A stretch of 23,613 bases of DNA from Candidatus Eiseniibacteriota bacterium (GTDB lineage Bacteria; Eisenbacteria; RBG-16-71-46; SZUA-252), in assembly GCA_031370645.1 (NCBI GenBank), contig JANMQV010000083.1:1-23613 (forward strand), written 5' to 3'. Made by a program: the position numbers and the translations under genes. The notes below the pieces were generated by a model, which saw only the letters and a list, made by a program, of their open reading frames with translations, made no database searches and was not told where the DNA came from. Shown here piece after piece: positions 1 through 10,292 of the stretch (position 1 is the stretch's first letter; each line of letters opens with the position of its first letter).

Positions 1-1362
1 CTGTTTGATCTCCTTCAGGCGCTGCATTCCCCGGCCGAGCGCGTCTTCGGTGCGTTCCTTACCTTCATCCGCATTCAAAAAGTTGAGATACGTGCCGCCC
101 GTCGAGAATGATTTGAGATCGTTCCACGCGTCGCGCGCCCAGGCGGTGTGGATCGCGTCTTCGCTCGCCTCCTCCCAGGAAGCGGTCATGTTGAGCACGT
201 AGCGCGCATCCCGGTTTCCGACCGCCGAGTGGCTCTCCTCGACTTTGTTCAGGGCTCCCGCCACATGGAAGAGGACAGCCGCCGAGTGGGGTGAGCGAAT
301 CTTTTCGCCATGCACCATCAGGCGTTCGCAGAGTGCGGGTTCGATGCGAGCGATGTACTCGCTCTTCCAGTAGTAGCGGCGGCCCTTCGGCTGCGTCCCG
401 TCGAGGAGCGCTTGCATCTGGGCGTAGGGGCGGCGAACGAGAATGTCTCCGACCGGTTTCCCGAACGCCTTGATGGGGGCGACCGCCTTCTCAGCCTCCT
501 GGGGATTGCCGCTGTGGCAGGCCACGATCGCCACGATCGGTTTTCCGTGCATCTCCTTCGGAAGCCACGGCGCAGGGGGCGCCGGCCGGAGGAGGAGGAC
601 GAGCGTCATTTCGGACGGCGCCTTCTCGGCGAGCGTTCGATAGAGCTCCAGCACCGCGGGCGCCTCGCTCACCGGCCACGCCACCACGCCGCCGACGATT
701 TCCGGACCGACGGGGTAGAGCGTGTAGTCGATTCCGGTCACGACGCCGAAGTTCCCGCCGCCGCCGCGAAGTCCCCAGAAGAGATCGGCGTTCTCCTCGG
801 CGCTCGCCCGCACGACGTTGCCCTCGGCGGTCACGAGGTCCATCCCGATCACATTGTCCGACGACCACCCCCAGCGGCGCGTGAGGTAGCCGAAACCGCC
901 GCCCAGCGTGAGACCCGTGATTCCGGTGGCGGAGACAAAGCCGAGGACGGCCGCGAGTCCGTGTACCTGCGTCTCGCGATCGAGGTCCCCGAGCAAACAC
1001 CCCGCCTGCGCGTGCGCGATCTTCCGCTTCGGGTCGACCCAAACCCCGCGCATGAGCGACAGGTCGAGCATGAGGGCGCCGTCGGCCGTGGCGAGTCCGG
1101 CAATGTTGTGGCCGCCGCCCTTGATGCAGAGCAGGAGCCCGTTTTCGCGCGCGAACTTCACGCTCGCGATGACGTCGCCGACGCCGCGGCAGCGCGCCAC
1201 CAAGGCGGGTCTCCGGTCGATCATCGCGTTCCAGACGGTCCTGGACTCGTCATAGCCGGCGTCGCCGGGCGAGAGCAGCGGTCCGCGCAAGCGCGCGCGG
1301 AATCCGTCCACGAGTTCCTGTTTCAGGTCGATGGCGCTGCCGTCGAGTGTCATCGCGTTCAT
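1..1362 (-). CDS. FAD-binding oxidoreductase, berberine-bridge-enzyme / 6-hydroxy-D-nicotine oxidase-like family (3' end truncated by window edge)
   Basis: Absent from the ORF track because it has no stop in the window. Translated by hand from ATG at 1362: MNAMTLDGSAIDLKQ...GYDESRTVWNAMIDRRPALVARC...IKGGGHNIAG (FAD-attachment His motif), GLTLGGGFGYLTRRWG, and a C-terminal BBE-like GGTYLNFL...MQRLKEIKQ. AAGGAG SD lies upstream within the GNAT 3' end. Confidence 0.93.
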   Translation of the reverse strand, partial: MNAMTLDGSAIDLKQELVDGFRARLRGPLLSPGDAGYDESRTVWNAMIDRRPALVARCRGVGDVIASVKFARENGLLLCIKGGGHNIAGLATADGALMLDLSLMRGVWVDPKRKIAHAQAGCLLGDLDRETQVHGLAAVLGFVSATGITGLTLGGGFGYLTRRWGWSSDNVIGMDLVTAEGNVVRASAEENADLFWGLRGGGGNFGVVTGIDYTLYPVGPEIVGGVVAWPVSEAPAVLELYRTLAEKAPSEMTLVLLLRPAPPAPWLPKEMHGKPIVAIVACHSGNPQEAEKAVAPIKAFGKPVGDILVRRPYAQMQALLDGTQPKGRRYYWKSEYIARIEPALCERLMVHGEKIRSPHSAAVLFHVAGALNKVEESHSAVGNRDARYVLNMTASWEEASEDAIHTAWARDAWNDLKSFSTGGTYLNFLNADEGKERTEDALGRGMQRLKEIKQ

Positions 1363-1369
1363 GGCTCAG

Positions 1370-1843
1370 TTAGCTCCTTTGGGGGTGGATCTCCATTTCG
1401 TAGTAAACGCTATGGGGGTCCTCACGGTATTCCCCGAACGGCGGCCTTCGCCGAAAACCGAATCGCTCGTAAAGGCCGATGGCTTCCTGCTGATAGATTC
1501 CCGTTTCGAGGCGGAGGATCCGCACCTCTCGCCCTTGCGAGTATTCAACCAATCGCCGCAACAGCGCCTTGCCCAATCCCAAGCCACGATAGGCGGGCCG
1601 CACGTACGTGCGTTTGACTTCGCCGTACTCCGTGCCGAACAGCTTCAGGCCACCGCACGCCGCGGGTTCGCCTTCGTGCCGCACGACGAAGAAGGCAACG
1701 CCCTCCCGCACCAACTGGTCGATGCTGAAGGCGTGGCGGCTCTCGTCGGGGTACGGATGCTGATGCAGATGCGTATCCAGCTCGGCGAGGAGCCGGACCG
1801 CATCGGGAGAATCGGGCCGCTCCTCTACGATCGCGATCGGCAT
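1370..1843 (-). CDS. GNAT family N-acetyltransferase
   Basis: 157 aa; GEVKRTYVRPAYRGLGLGKALL (motif A, RxxGxG/A) and LRLETGIYQQEAIGLYERFGF. Confidence 0.93.
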   Translation of the reverse strand: MPIAIVEERPDSPDAVRLLAELDTHLHQHPYPDESRHAFSIDQLVREGVAFFVVRHEGEPAACGGLKLFGTEYGEVKRTYVRPAYRGLGLGKALLRRLVEYSQGREVRILRLETGIYQQEAIGLYERFGFRRRPPFGEYREDPHSVYYEMEIHPQRS

Positions 1844-1849
1844 TCCGAG

Positions 1850-1878
1850 AGCCTAAACGATCACACTGGGCGCGCCAA
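1850..1878 (-). promoter_or_regulatory. Putative sigma70 promoter for GNAT/oxidoreductase (leaderless type)
   Basis: Minus strand reads TTGGCG-N17-TAGGCT-N6-ATG; no clear SD before the ATG. Confidence 0.55.
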
Positions 1879-1905
1879 TGGCCGGTGGATTTCGAACCGC
1901 CTGCA

Positions 1906-1914
1906 TGGTAAACT
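1906..1914 (+). promoter_or_regulatory. Putative extended -10 promoter of the pyr operon
   Basis: TG-G-TAAACT about 40 nt upstream of the PyrR-binding loop. Confidence 0.55.
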
Positions 1915-1927
1915 TCACCCTGCGTAG

Positions 1928-3651
<1,724 letters not shown>

Positions 3652-4977
3652 GATCGTCGACCCCGCGCGGGGGATCGATCGCGTCCAGGATCTCTGGATC
3701 GAAAACGGCAAGATTGCCGGCCTGGGCGAGGACGCCCCGGCGGCGCTCCGGAATAGGAAGGACGTCGAGATCGTAGACGTGAAGGGGGCGGTGGTCGCCC
3801 CGGGCCTCGTCGACATCCACGTCCATCTCCGCGAGCCGGGACAAGAAGAGAAGGAGACGATCGAAACCGGATCGCGCTCCGCGGCGCGCGGCGGCTTCAC
3901 GACCGTCGCCTGCATGCCGAATACCTCGCCGCCGCTCGACGACCGCCCTCGGATCGAGTACGTCGTCCGACGCGCCGCGGCCTCGGCCGCCTGCCGAGTT
4001 CTCCCGATCGCGGCGGTCACCGTCGGCCAGATGGGCGAGTCGCTCGTGGAATTCGAAGACCTGGTGAACGCCGGCGCGGTCGCGTTCACGGACGACGGGA
4101 AGCCGGTGAAGAACGCCGAAATCATGCGTCGCGCGCTGGAACTGACGAAGCCGCTCGGGGTGCCCATCATTCAGCACGCCGAGGATCCCGATCTGAAGGG
4201 GAGCGGCGTCGTTCACGAAGGGTGGGTCTCGACGCGCGTCGGCCTGAAGGGGATTCCCGACATCGCCGAGAGCGTCATGGTCGCTCGGGACATGCTGCTG
4301 GCCGACGTGACAGGCGGGCGGGTTCACGTAGCCCACATGAGCGCGGGGCGCACGGTGGAAGTCCTCCGCTGGGCGAAGGCGCGCGGGATCGCCATGACGG
4401 GCGAGACGACGCCGCATCACCTGGTTCTCACGGACGAGGCGGTGGCGACGTACGACACGAACACCAAGATGAATCCGCCGCTTCGAACGGCCCGCGATCG
4501 CGAGGCGCTCATTCAGGGCGTTGTGGACGGCACGATCGATTGCCTGGCGACCGATCACGCGCCGCACACGGACATCGAGAAGGACGGCGACTTCGATAGC
4601 GCGCCGTTCGGGATCGTCGGGCTCGAGACGGCGCTCGGGCTCTACATGAAGGCGCTTGTCGAGCCGAAGCACCTCTCGCTCGGCGAGCTGATCCTTCGCA
4701 TGACGCGGAATCCGCTGAGCGTCCTCGGGCGCGACGGCGGAACGCTGGCGGCGGGAGCCGACGCCGACGTCACGATTTTCGATCCGGCGCAGCGCTGGAC
4801 GGTTCGGGCGTCGGAATTCGCCTCCAAAGCGCGAAATATGCCGTTCGAAGGATGGGAACTATCTGGAAAGATTCTGATCACCTTGGTCGGAGGGCGCGTC
4901 ACCTACCGCGCGGAATCGCTGGCTGGGAGCGCCCGATAGAGCGACGCCAGCGCGTCATAGGCGGCGCCGAGGGCGCG

Positions 4978-4986
4978 TGGTACGAT
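4978..4986 (+). promoter_or_regulatory. Putative internal extended -10 promoter
   Basis: TG-G-TACGAT in the only intergenic gap of the pyr operon, 9 nt before ATG 4996. Confidence 0.5.
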
Positions 4987-4995
4987 CGGGGTCTC

Positions 4996-6771
4996 ATGCG
5001 TACCCCGAAAGCGGGGCCCCTCGGCCTCGGCCTACTTGGCCTCGTCATCCTCATCTCCGGTTGTGCCTACTTCAACACCTTCTACCTCGCGAAGAAGTAC
5101 TACAAAGAGGCCCGGAAGGCGCAGGAGCGGAGTGTCCTCGAATCTGTCGCGCCCGAGGCGTCGGCCAAGTACGAGATGAGCATCCGACAAAGCCAGAAGG
5201 TGCTCACCGACTACGGCAAGAGCAAATGGGCCGACGACGCGCTCTTTCTGCAGGGCGCGGCCACCTACGGCAAGGGTGACTACATCGTCGCGATCCGGCG
5301 GCTCGAGGAGTTTCAGGACCGCTTCCCGACGAGTCCCTTCCTCCCCGAGGCGCGGCTCATCCGAGGCATGGCGCACCTGAAGCGCCGCGACTATGCGGAG
5401 GCCGACTCGATCTTCGAGGCGTGCGATCGGGACTATCCGAAACTCGAACGACGCGCGGAACTCTATTTCTACGCCGGCGAATCGCGAGCCGCGCAGCGGG
5501 AGTACGGCCGGGCGCTGACCTGGTACGCGCGCGCGGTGGAATCGTCGAATTCGAGGCGGGAGCGCTCGGACTACCTCCGGAGAACCGGCGACGCCCTGCT
5601 GGCGAGCAGCCGGCCCGACAGCGCGATCGACGTCTTCGCCGAGGCCCTTCACTCCGAGGAGCGCTCCAAGTACCGGCTCGACCTGGCACTCCGGCGCGCC
5701 GAGGCGCTCCGCGACTTGAAGCGCTACGACGACGCGCTCGCGCTCCTCACGCAGTGGCGGCCGAACGCCATCGCGGAGAAGCGCGAGGGCGAACTGATGC
5801 TCCGCTTGCACGACGTGCAGGCGCGGCTCGGGAGGACGCAGGAAGCCATCACCGGCTACCGGCGCCTCATCGAGGCGGCGCCCACTACGCCCGTCGCGGC
5901 CGACGCGCAGTTTCGAATCGGATACCTCTACGAATCGTCCCTGAACGACTATGATGGCGCGGCGAAGGAATACGAAAAGTTGAAGTCAGGTCCTCCTTCG
6001 GAATTCCAAACGCAGGCGAGCCGCCGCTCGCAGGGCCTGACCGCCCTGAAGAAGTATCGCGAGTCGCTGGGCGCCGACACGACACAGGCCAAGGCCCGCT
6101 CCGCATTTCTGTTGGCGGAGCTCTACTACTTTCAATTGGACCGACCCGATTCGGCCCTCCTCCAGTACTCCAGCGTCGAATCGCAGTATCCGCAGAGCGT
6201 CTACGCACCGAAGTCGGCGTACGCGCGGCTCTGGATCACCGCGCTCGACCGCTCCGATACCCTCGCGGTGCGCGCGATGACCGACAACATGGCCGCGCGT
6301 TATCGAGGGACGCGCTTCGCGGAGTCGGCGCTCTACTTCTGGAAGGGATGGAGCGGCGTGACCGACTCGCGGACGGCACTGCTCGATTCGCTCCTCGCGA
6401 ACCCTGACACGACCGGGGCGTCGCGCTTCGCGCCCGAAGAAACGGACGCGGCGACGAGCCTCGTTCCGACCTCCAGCGCGCCCGACTCCGGATACACCGT
6501 GCCGCCCGAGGCCATGAACCTGCTCACAGCCCGCCGTGCGGCGATCCTCAGCCAGAGCCGGCCCGGCGCGACGCGCCCGATTCCTCAACGCCCGATGTCG
6601 CCCGGCGATTCGCTTCACGCCGCGCACATGGAAGCGCTCCGAAAGGCGCGCGCCGATTCGCTCGGTGCGGCGCCTCCCGATTCGAATTCATCAACCAAGC
6701 CCGCGAGTCCGACGCCCGCCGCGGCGCCAGCGGATTCCACTCCCGTCAACGTCATCACACCCCAACGATGA
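4996..6771 (+). CDS. Tetratricopeptide-repeat lipoprotein (N-terminal BamD/YfiO-like TPRs, low-complexity P/A/S/T C-tail)
   Basis: Start reassigned to ATG 4996. Signal peptide MRTPKAGPLGLGLLGLVILISG|C has a lipobox. Repeated TPR signatures include YGKSKWADDALFLQG, FPTSPFLPEARL, PTTPVAADAQFRIG and YPQSVYAPKSAY. Confidence 0.85.
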   Translation: MRTPKAGPLGLGLLGLVILISGCAYFNTFYLAKKYYKEARKAQERSVLESVAPEASAKYEMSIRQSQKVLTDYGKSKWADDALFLQGAATYGKGDYIVAIRRLEEFQDRFPTSPFLPEARLIRGMAHLKRRDYAEADSIFEACDRDYPKLERRAELYFYAGESRAAQREYGRALTWYARAVESSNSRRERSDYLRRTGDALLASSRPDSAIDVFAEALHSEERSKYRLDLALRRAEALRDLKRYDDALALLTQWRPNAIAEKREGELMLRLHDVQARLGRTQEAITGYRRLIEAAPTTPVAADAQFRIGYLYESSLNDYDGAAKEYEKLKSGPPSEFQTQASRRSQGLTALKKYRESLGADTTQAKARSAFLLAELYYFQLDRPDSALLQYSSVESQYPQSVYAPKSAYARLWITALDRSDTLAVRAMTDNMAARYRGTRFAESALYFWKGWSGVTDSRTALLDSLLANPDTTGASRFAPEETDAATSLVPTSSAPDSGYTVPPEAMNLLTARRAAILSQSRPGATRPIPQRPMSPGDSLHAAHMEALRKARADSLGAAPPDSNSSTKPASPTPAAAPADSTPVNVITPQR

Positions 6772-7574
6772 ATCAAGTCGATTGCACCGTCTTGGAGAAC
6801 CGCGAGCTGACGAAGGGGAACTTCCTCCTCACGCTTCGGGTGCCGCGCCAGTTCGGAAAGCCGCAGCCGGGACAGTTCGTTCACTTGAAACTCTCGCCCG
6901 ACGGAGAGCCGTTGCTCCGCCGTCCGTATAGCCTCGAGGGATACTTCGAGCATCGCGGGGTTCGCGCGGTCCGCATCTACTACTCCGTCGTCGGCCGCGG
7001 GTCGCGCATTCTCGCCGCCCAGCCGAAGGGACGCACCCTCGATCTCATCGGGCCCTTGGGCGTCGGGTTTACGCCCGCTCCGAAGCGGACCGCGATTCTC
7101 GTGGCGGGCGGTCGCGGCGTGGCGCCGCTCCTCTTTCTCTCCCGGCGGCTCGCCGAGAAGAAGCGCCCCTACGTCTTCCTCTTCGGCGCCCGTTCGAAGG
7201 ATGAGCTCTACGGCGTGAGGGAGATCAGGAAGGGGCGCCTCCACCTCGCCACCGACGACGGTTCGGTCGGCTATGAGGGAAGCGTCCTCGATCTCCTGGC
7301 ACGCGAGTGGAAGGAACACGCGCACACGCCGCAGACAGCCGAGATCTTCACCTGCGGGCCGCACGGATTGCTTCATGCCATCGCCGACTTCGCGCGAGAG
7401 CGCGGCATTCGCTGCGAGGCTTCGCTCGAAGGGCCGATGGCCTGCGCTGTCGGTGCCTGCCGCGGCTGCCCGATTCCGCTTCGGCCCGAAAACGACATGG
7501 GGCGCTATCCCGCCATGTGCGTCGAAGGGCCCGTTTACGACGCGACGGTCGTCGATTGGGAGCGGTTGCCATGA
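6768..7574 (+). CDS. pyrK: Dihydroorotate dehydrogenase electron transfer subunit
   Basis: PGQFV, LRRPYS (FAD), GPLGVGF, AGGRGVAP, TDDGS, CGP, and the [2Fe-2S] motif CAVGACRGC...CVEGPV. Confidence 0.95.
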   Translation: MNQVDCTVLENRELTKGNFLLTLRVPRQFGKPQPGQFVHLKLSPDGEPLLRRPYSLEGYFEHRGVRAVRIYYSVVGRGSRILAAQPKGRTLDLIGPLGVGFTPAPKRTAILVAGGRGVAPLLFLSRRLAEKKRPYVFLFGARSKDELYGVREIRKGRLHLATDDGSVGYEGSVLDLLAREWKEHAHTPQTAEIFTCGPHGLLHAIADFARERGIRCEASLEGPMACAVGACRGCPIPLRPENDMGRYPAMCVEGPVYDATVVDWERLP

Positions 7575-8578
7575 CGCCCGCCACGAAGCCCGACCTCCGG
7601 GTCACCATCGGCTCCCTGGAGCTCCGCAATCCGATCCTCGTGGCTTCCGGCATCATCGGATTCGGTAAGGAATACGAGCGGCTCGTCGATCTCGAGCGGA
7701 TCGGCGGGATTGTCACGAAGACCGTGACGCTTCGTCCCCGCGCCGGGAATCCGCCGCCGCGCGTGGTCGAGACGTCCGCCGGCATGCTCAACTCGATCGG
7801 CATCGAGAATCCCGGCCTCGCCGGCTACTTCGAGGAAAAGGTTCCGATTCTTCGAGAACTCCCCTGCGCCCGAATCGTGTCCGTGGAAGGGGAGAACGTC
7901 GAAGAGTTTCAGGAACTCGTGCGCGGCGTCGATTCCTCGGGCGTCGCCGACGCGATCGAGGTGAACATCTCCTGCCCGAACGTCGGCCCGCACGGGTTGC
8001 GCTACTCGACGGACGCCGGAATGGCTCGCGAGGTGATGACCGCGATCCGGCCGCTCACGAAACTGCCGCTCATCGCCAAACTGACGCCGAACGTGACACG
8101 CATCGCTGAAATCGCCGAAGCCTGCGAACGCTGCGGCGCCGACGCGATCTCGGTCGTGAACACGTTCGTCGGAATGGCGGTCGACTCTCGAAATCGAAAG
8201 CCGATTCTCGGCACCGTCCTGGGCGGGCTCTCCGGCCCGGCCATCAAACCGCTCGCTCTCGCGAAGGCGTGGGAAGTGGCGCAGGCGGTCGATATCCCGC
8301 TCGTCGGCATGGGCGGCATCGCAAGTCCCGCCGACGCGATCGAATTCCTCTTGGTCGGATGCACGGCCGTGGAGATTGGAACCGCCCTGTTCGCCGATCC
8401 GGGACTCCCGGAGGCGTGCGTGAGCGGCTTGTCGGACTACATCCGCGCCCTGGGGGAGCGCTCCGTCGACGCCGTGCTGGGCGCGATGGAGGTCCCCGCC
8501 GGCCGCGGGCCCATTCGCGCCGGGAAGGCGCGGCGTGAGGCCGCGCGCCACGCGCGGCGCTCGGGAGAGAAGCCGTGA
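7571..8578 (+). CDS. pyrD: Dihydroorotate dehydrogenase family 1B catalytic subunit
   Basis: Start at ATG 7571 (ATGA overlap with pyrK); LRNPILVASG, KTVT, GMLNSIG, NISCPN (catalytic Cys), KLTPN, GGLSGPAIKP. Confidence 0.96.
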   Translation: MTPATKPDLRVTIGSLELRNPILVASGIIGFGKEYERLVDLERIGGIVTKTVTLRPRAGNPPPRVVETSAGMLNSIGIENPGLAGYFEEKVPILRELPCARIVSVEGENVEEFQELVRGVDSSGVADAIEVNISCPNVGPHGLRYSTDAGMAREVMTAIRPLTKLPLIAKLTPNVTRIAEIAEACERCGADAISVVNTFVGMAVDSRNRKPILGTVLGGLSGPAIKPLALAKAWEVAQAVDIPLVGMGGIASPADAIEFLLVGCTAVEIGTALFADPGLPEACVSGLSDYIRALGERSVDAVLGAMEVPAGRGPIRAGKARREAARHARRSGEKP

Positions 8579-9342
8579 CCCAACCCCTCGGCGTCCGCGA
8601 CCGCCTCATTGTCGCGCTCGATCAGCCCGATTTGCCGCGCGCGCTCGCGCACGTGGATCGAATCGGCGAGTCGGTCCTCTGGTACAAGGTCGGGCTGCAA
8701 CTTTTCGCCGCCGCGGGTCGCGACGCGATCCGGGCGATGGCCGACCGGGGAAAAAAGATCTTCCTCGATCTCAAACTTCACGACATCCCGGCGACGGTGG
8801 AGAAGGCCGTGTTGGCACTCGAAGGGCTCCCCGTGTCGCTTCTCACGATTCACGCGGCGGGCGGGCCGGAGATGATCGCCGCGGCGGCGCGCGCCGCGCG
8901 CGCCATCGGCCCGAAGAGCGGATCCGGCACGGGAGGCAGCGCGCCGCGAATCCTCGCGGTCACGATGCTCACGAGTCTCGACGGCACCGAGATCCCGTCG
9001 CTTTGGAACCCGGGCACGACTCTCGAAGAGAAAGTGCTCGGGCTAGCGCACATGGCGCGCGAGTCGGGCGCCGACGGCGTCGTCGCCTCGCCGCAGGAAC
9101 TCGCGGCGCTCCGCGGCGCGCTCCCTTCTCCCTTTCTCATCGTCACCCCCGGCATTCGCGGCCCCCACGACGCATCGCACGACCAGAAACGAACGCTCTC
9201 CCTACCGGAAGCCTTCGCCCGAGGCGCCGACTTCGTCGTGGTGGGAAGGCCGATACTCGAAGCGAGCGATCCCCAAGGCGCGGTCGCCGCGTTCGAGGCG
9301 TCGGTCGCCGCCCTGGCATCCTCCGAGAGGACGAATTCATGA
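8575..9342 (+). CDS. pyrF: Orotidine-5'-phosphate decarboxylase
   Basis: RLIVALD, KVG, FLDLKLHDIPATV (DxKxxD), VTPGIR, DQKR, VVGRPI; GTGA overlap with pyrD. Confidence 0.97.
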   Translation: MTQPLGVRDRLIVALDQPDLPRALAHVDRIGESVLWYKVGLQLFAAAGRDAIRAMADRGKKIFLDLKLHDIPATVEKAVLALEGLPVSLLTIHAAGGPEMIAAAARAARAIGPKSGSGTGGSAPRILAVTMLTSLDGTEIPSLWNPGTTLEEKVLGLAHMARESGADGVVASPQELAALRGALPSPFLIVTPGIRGPHDASHDQKRTLSLPEAFARGADFVVVGRPILEASDPQGAVAAFEASVAALASSERTNS

Positions 9343-10289
9343 AAGTCTTGGTCACCGGAGTCACCGGGTTCGCCGGCAGTCACCTGGTGGACTACATGCT
9401 CACGCTCCCGAACGTGGAGATTCATGGAATCCTCCGCTGGCGGAGCCGCACGGAGAACATCGAGCACTTCCGCGACAAGGTCTCGTTCTCGGAGTGCGAT
9501 CTGCGCGATGCGTCATCGGTTCGCGATGTGATCGAGGCGGTGCGCCCCGATCGCATTTTCCACCTGGCGGCGCAGTCGTTCGTGCCGACCTCGTGGACGG
9601 CGCCCACCGAGTCGCTCGTCACGAACATCATCGGCCAGTTGAATATCTTCGAGGCCGTGAAGAAGACCAGTCTGAAACCACGCATCCAGCTCGCCTGCTC
9701 GAGCGAGGAGTACGGTCTGGTGCACGAGAATGAATTGCCGATTCGTGAAACGAATCCGCTTCGCCCCCTCTCGCCCTACGCGGTGAGCAAGGTCGGCCAG
9801 GACATGCTCGGGTACCAGTACTTCAAGTCGTTCGGCCTCCACGTCATTCGGACGCGCGGCTTCAACCACGAGGGCCCGCGCCGCGGCCCTGTCTTCGTCT
9901 GCTCCGATTTCGCGAAGCAGATCGCGGACATCGAGAAGGGGCGGAGGGCGCCGGTCGTGCGGGTCGGGAATCTCGACGCGCGCCGCGACTTCACCGACGT
10001 GCGCGACATCGTTCGCGGGTACTGGCTGGCGCTGGAGAAGGGCGTGGCGGGCGAGGAGTACAATCTCTGCTCCGGCAAGGCATGGGTCATCAAGGATATG
10101 CTCGACTATTTGCTCTCACTCTCGACCGCGACGATCAAGATCGAGGCCGACGCCACGCGGCTTCGCCCCTCCGACGTGCCGGTCCTCCTGGGAGACGCCG
10201 CCAAGTTCAAGAAGGCGACCGGCTGGGAGCCGACCATCCCGTTCGAGCAGACTCTGAAAGACATGCTCGCCTACTGGCGCGAGCGGTAG
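9339..10289 (+). CDS. GDP-mannose 4,6-dehydratase / GDP-4-keto-6-deoxymannose reductase family SDR
   Basis: Start at ATG 9339 (ATGA overlap with pyrF); GVTGFAG, HLAAQSFV, SSEEYG, YAVSK, FNHEGPRRG, GNLDARRDF, RPSDV. Confidence 0.9.
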   Translation: MKVLVTGVTGFAGSHLVDYMLTLPNVEIHGILRWRSRTENIEHFRDKVSFSECDLRDASSVRDVIEAVRPDRIFHLAAQSFVPTSWTAPTESLVTNIIGQLNIFEAVKKTSLKPRIQLACSSEEYGLVHENELPIRETNPLRPLSPYAVSKVGQDMLGYQYFKSFGLHVIRTRGFNHEGPRRGPVFVCSDFAKQIADIEKGRRAPVVRVGNLDARRDFTDVRDIVRGYWLALEKGVAGEEYNLCSGKAWVIKDMLDYLLSLSTATIKIEADATRLRPSDVPVLLGDAAKFKKATGWEPTIPFEQTLKDMLAYWRER

Positions 10290-10292
10290 ACG

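Noticed and set aside
310..1617. 435-aa plus-strand ORF
   Set aside because: Antisense shadow of the FAD oxidoreductase and GNAT; no recognisable motifs.
7307..10289. Long N-terminal extensions on PyrD and the first SDR (likewise PyrC, TPR, RmlC, Wzz, GT2)
   Set aside because: Artefacts of longest-ORF calling; the extensions overlap upstream genes, and downstream starts with coupling overlaps fit family lengths.
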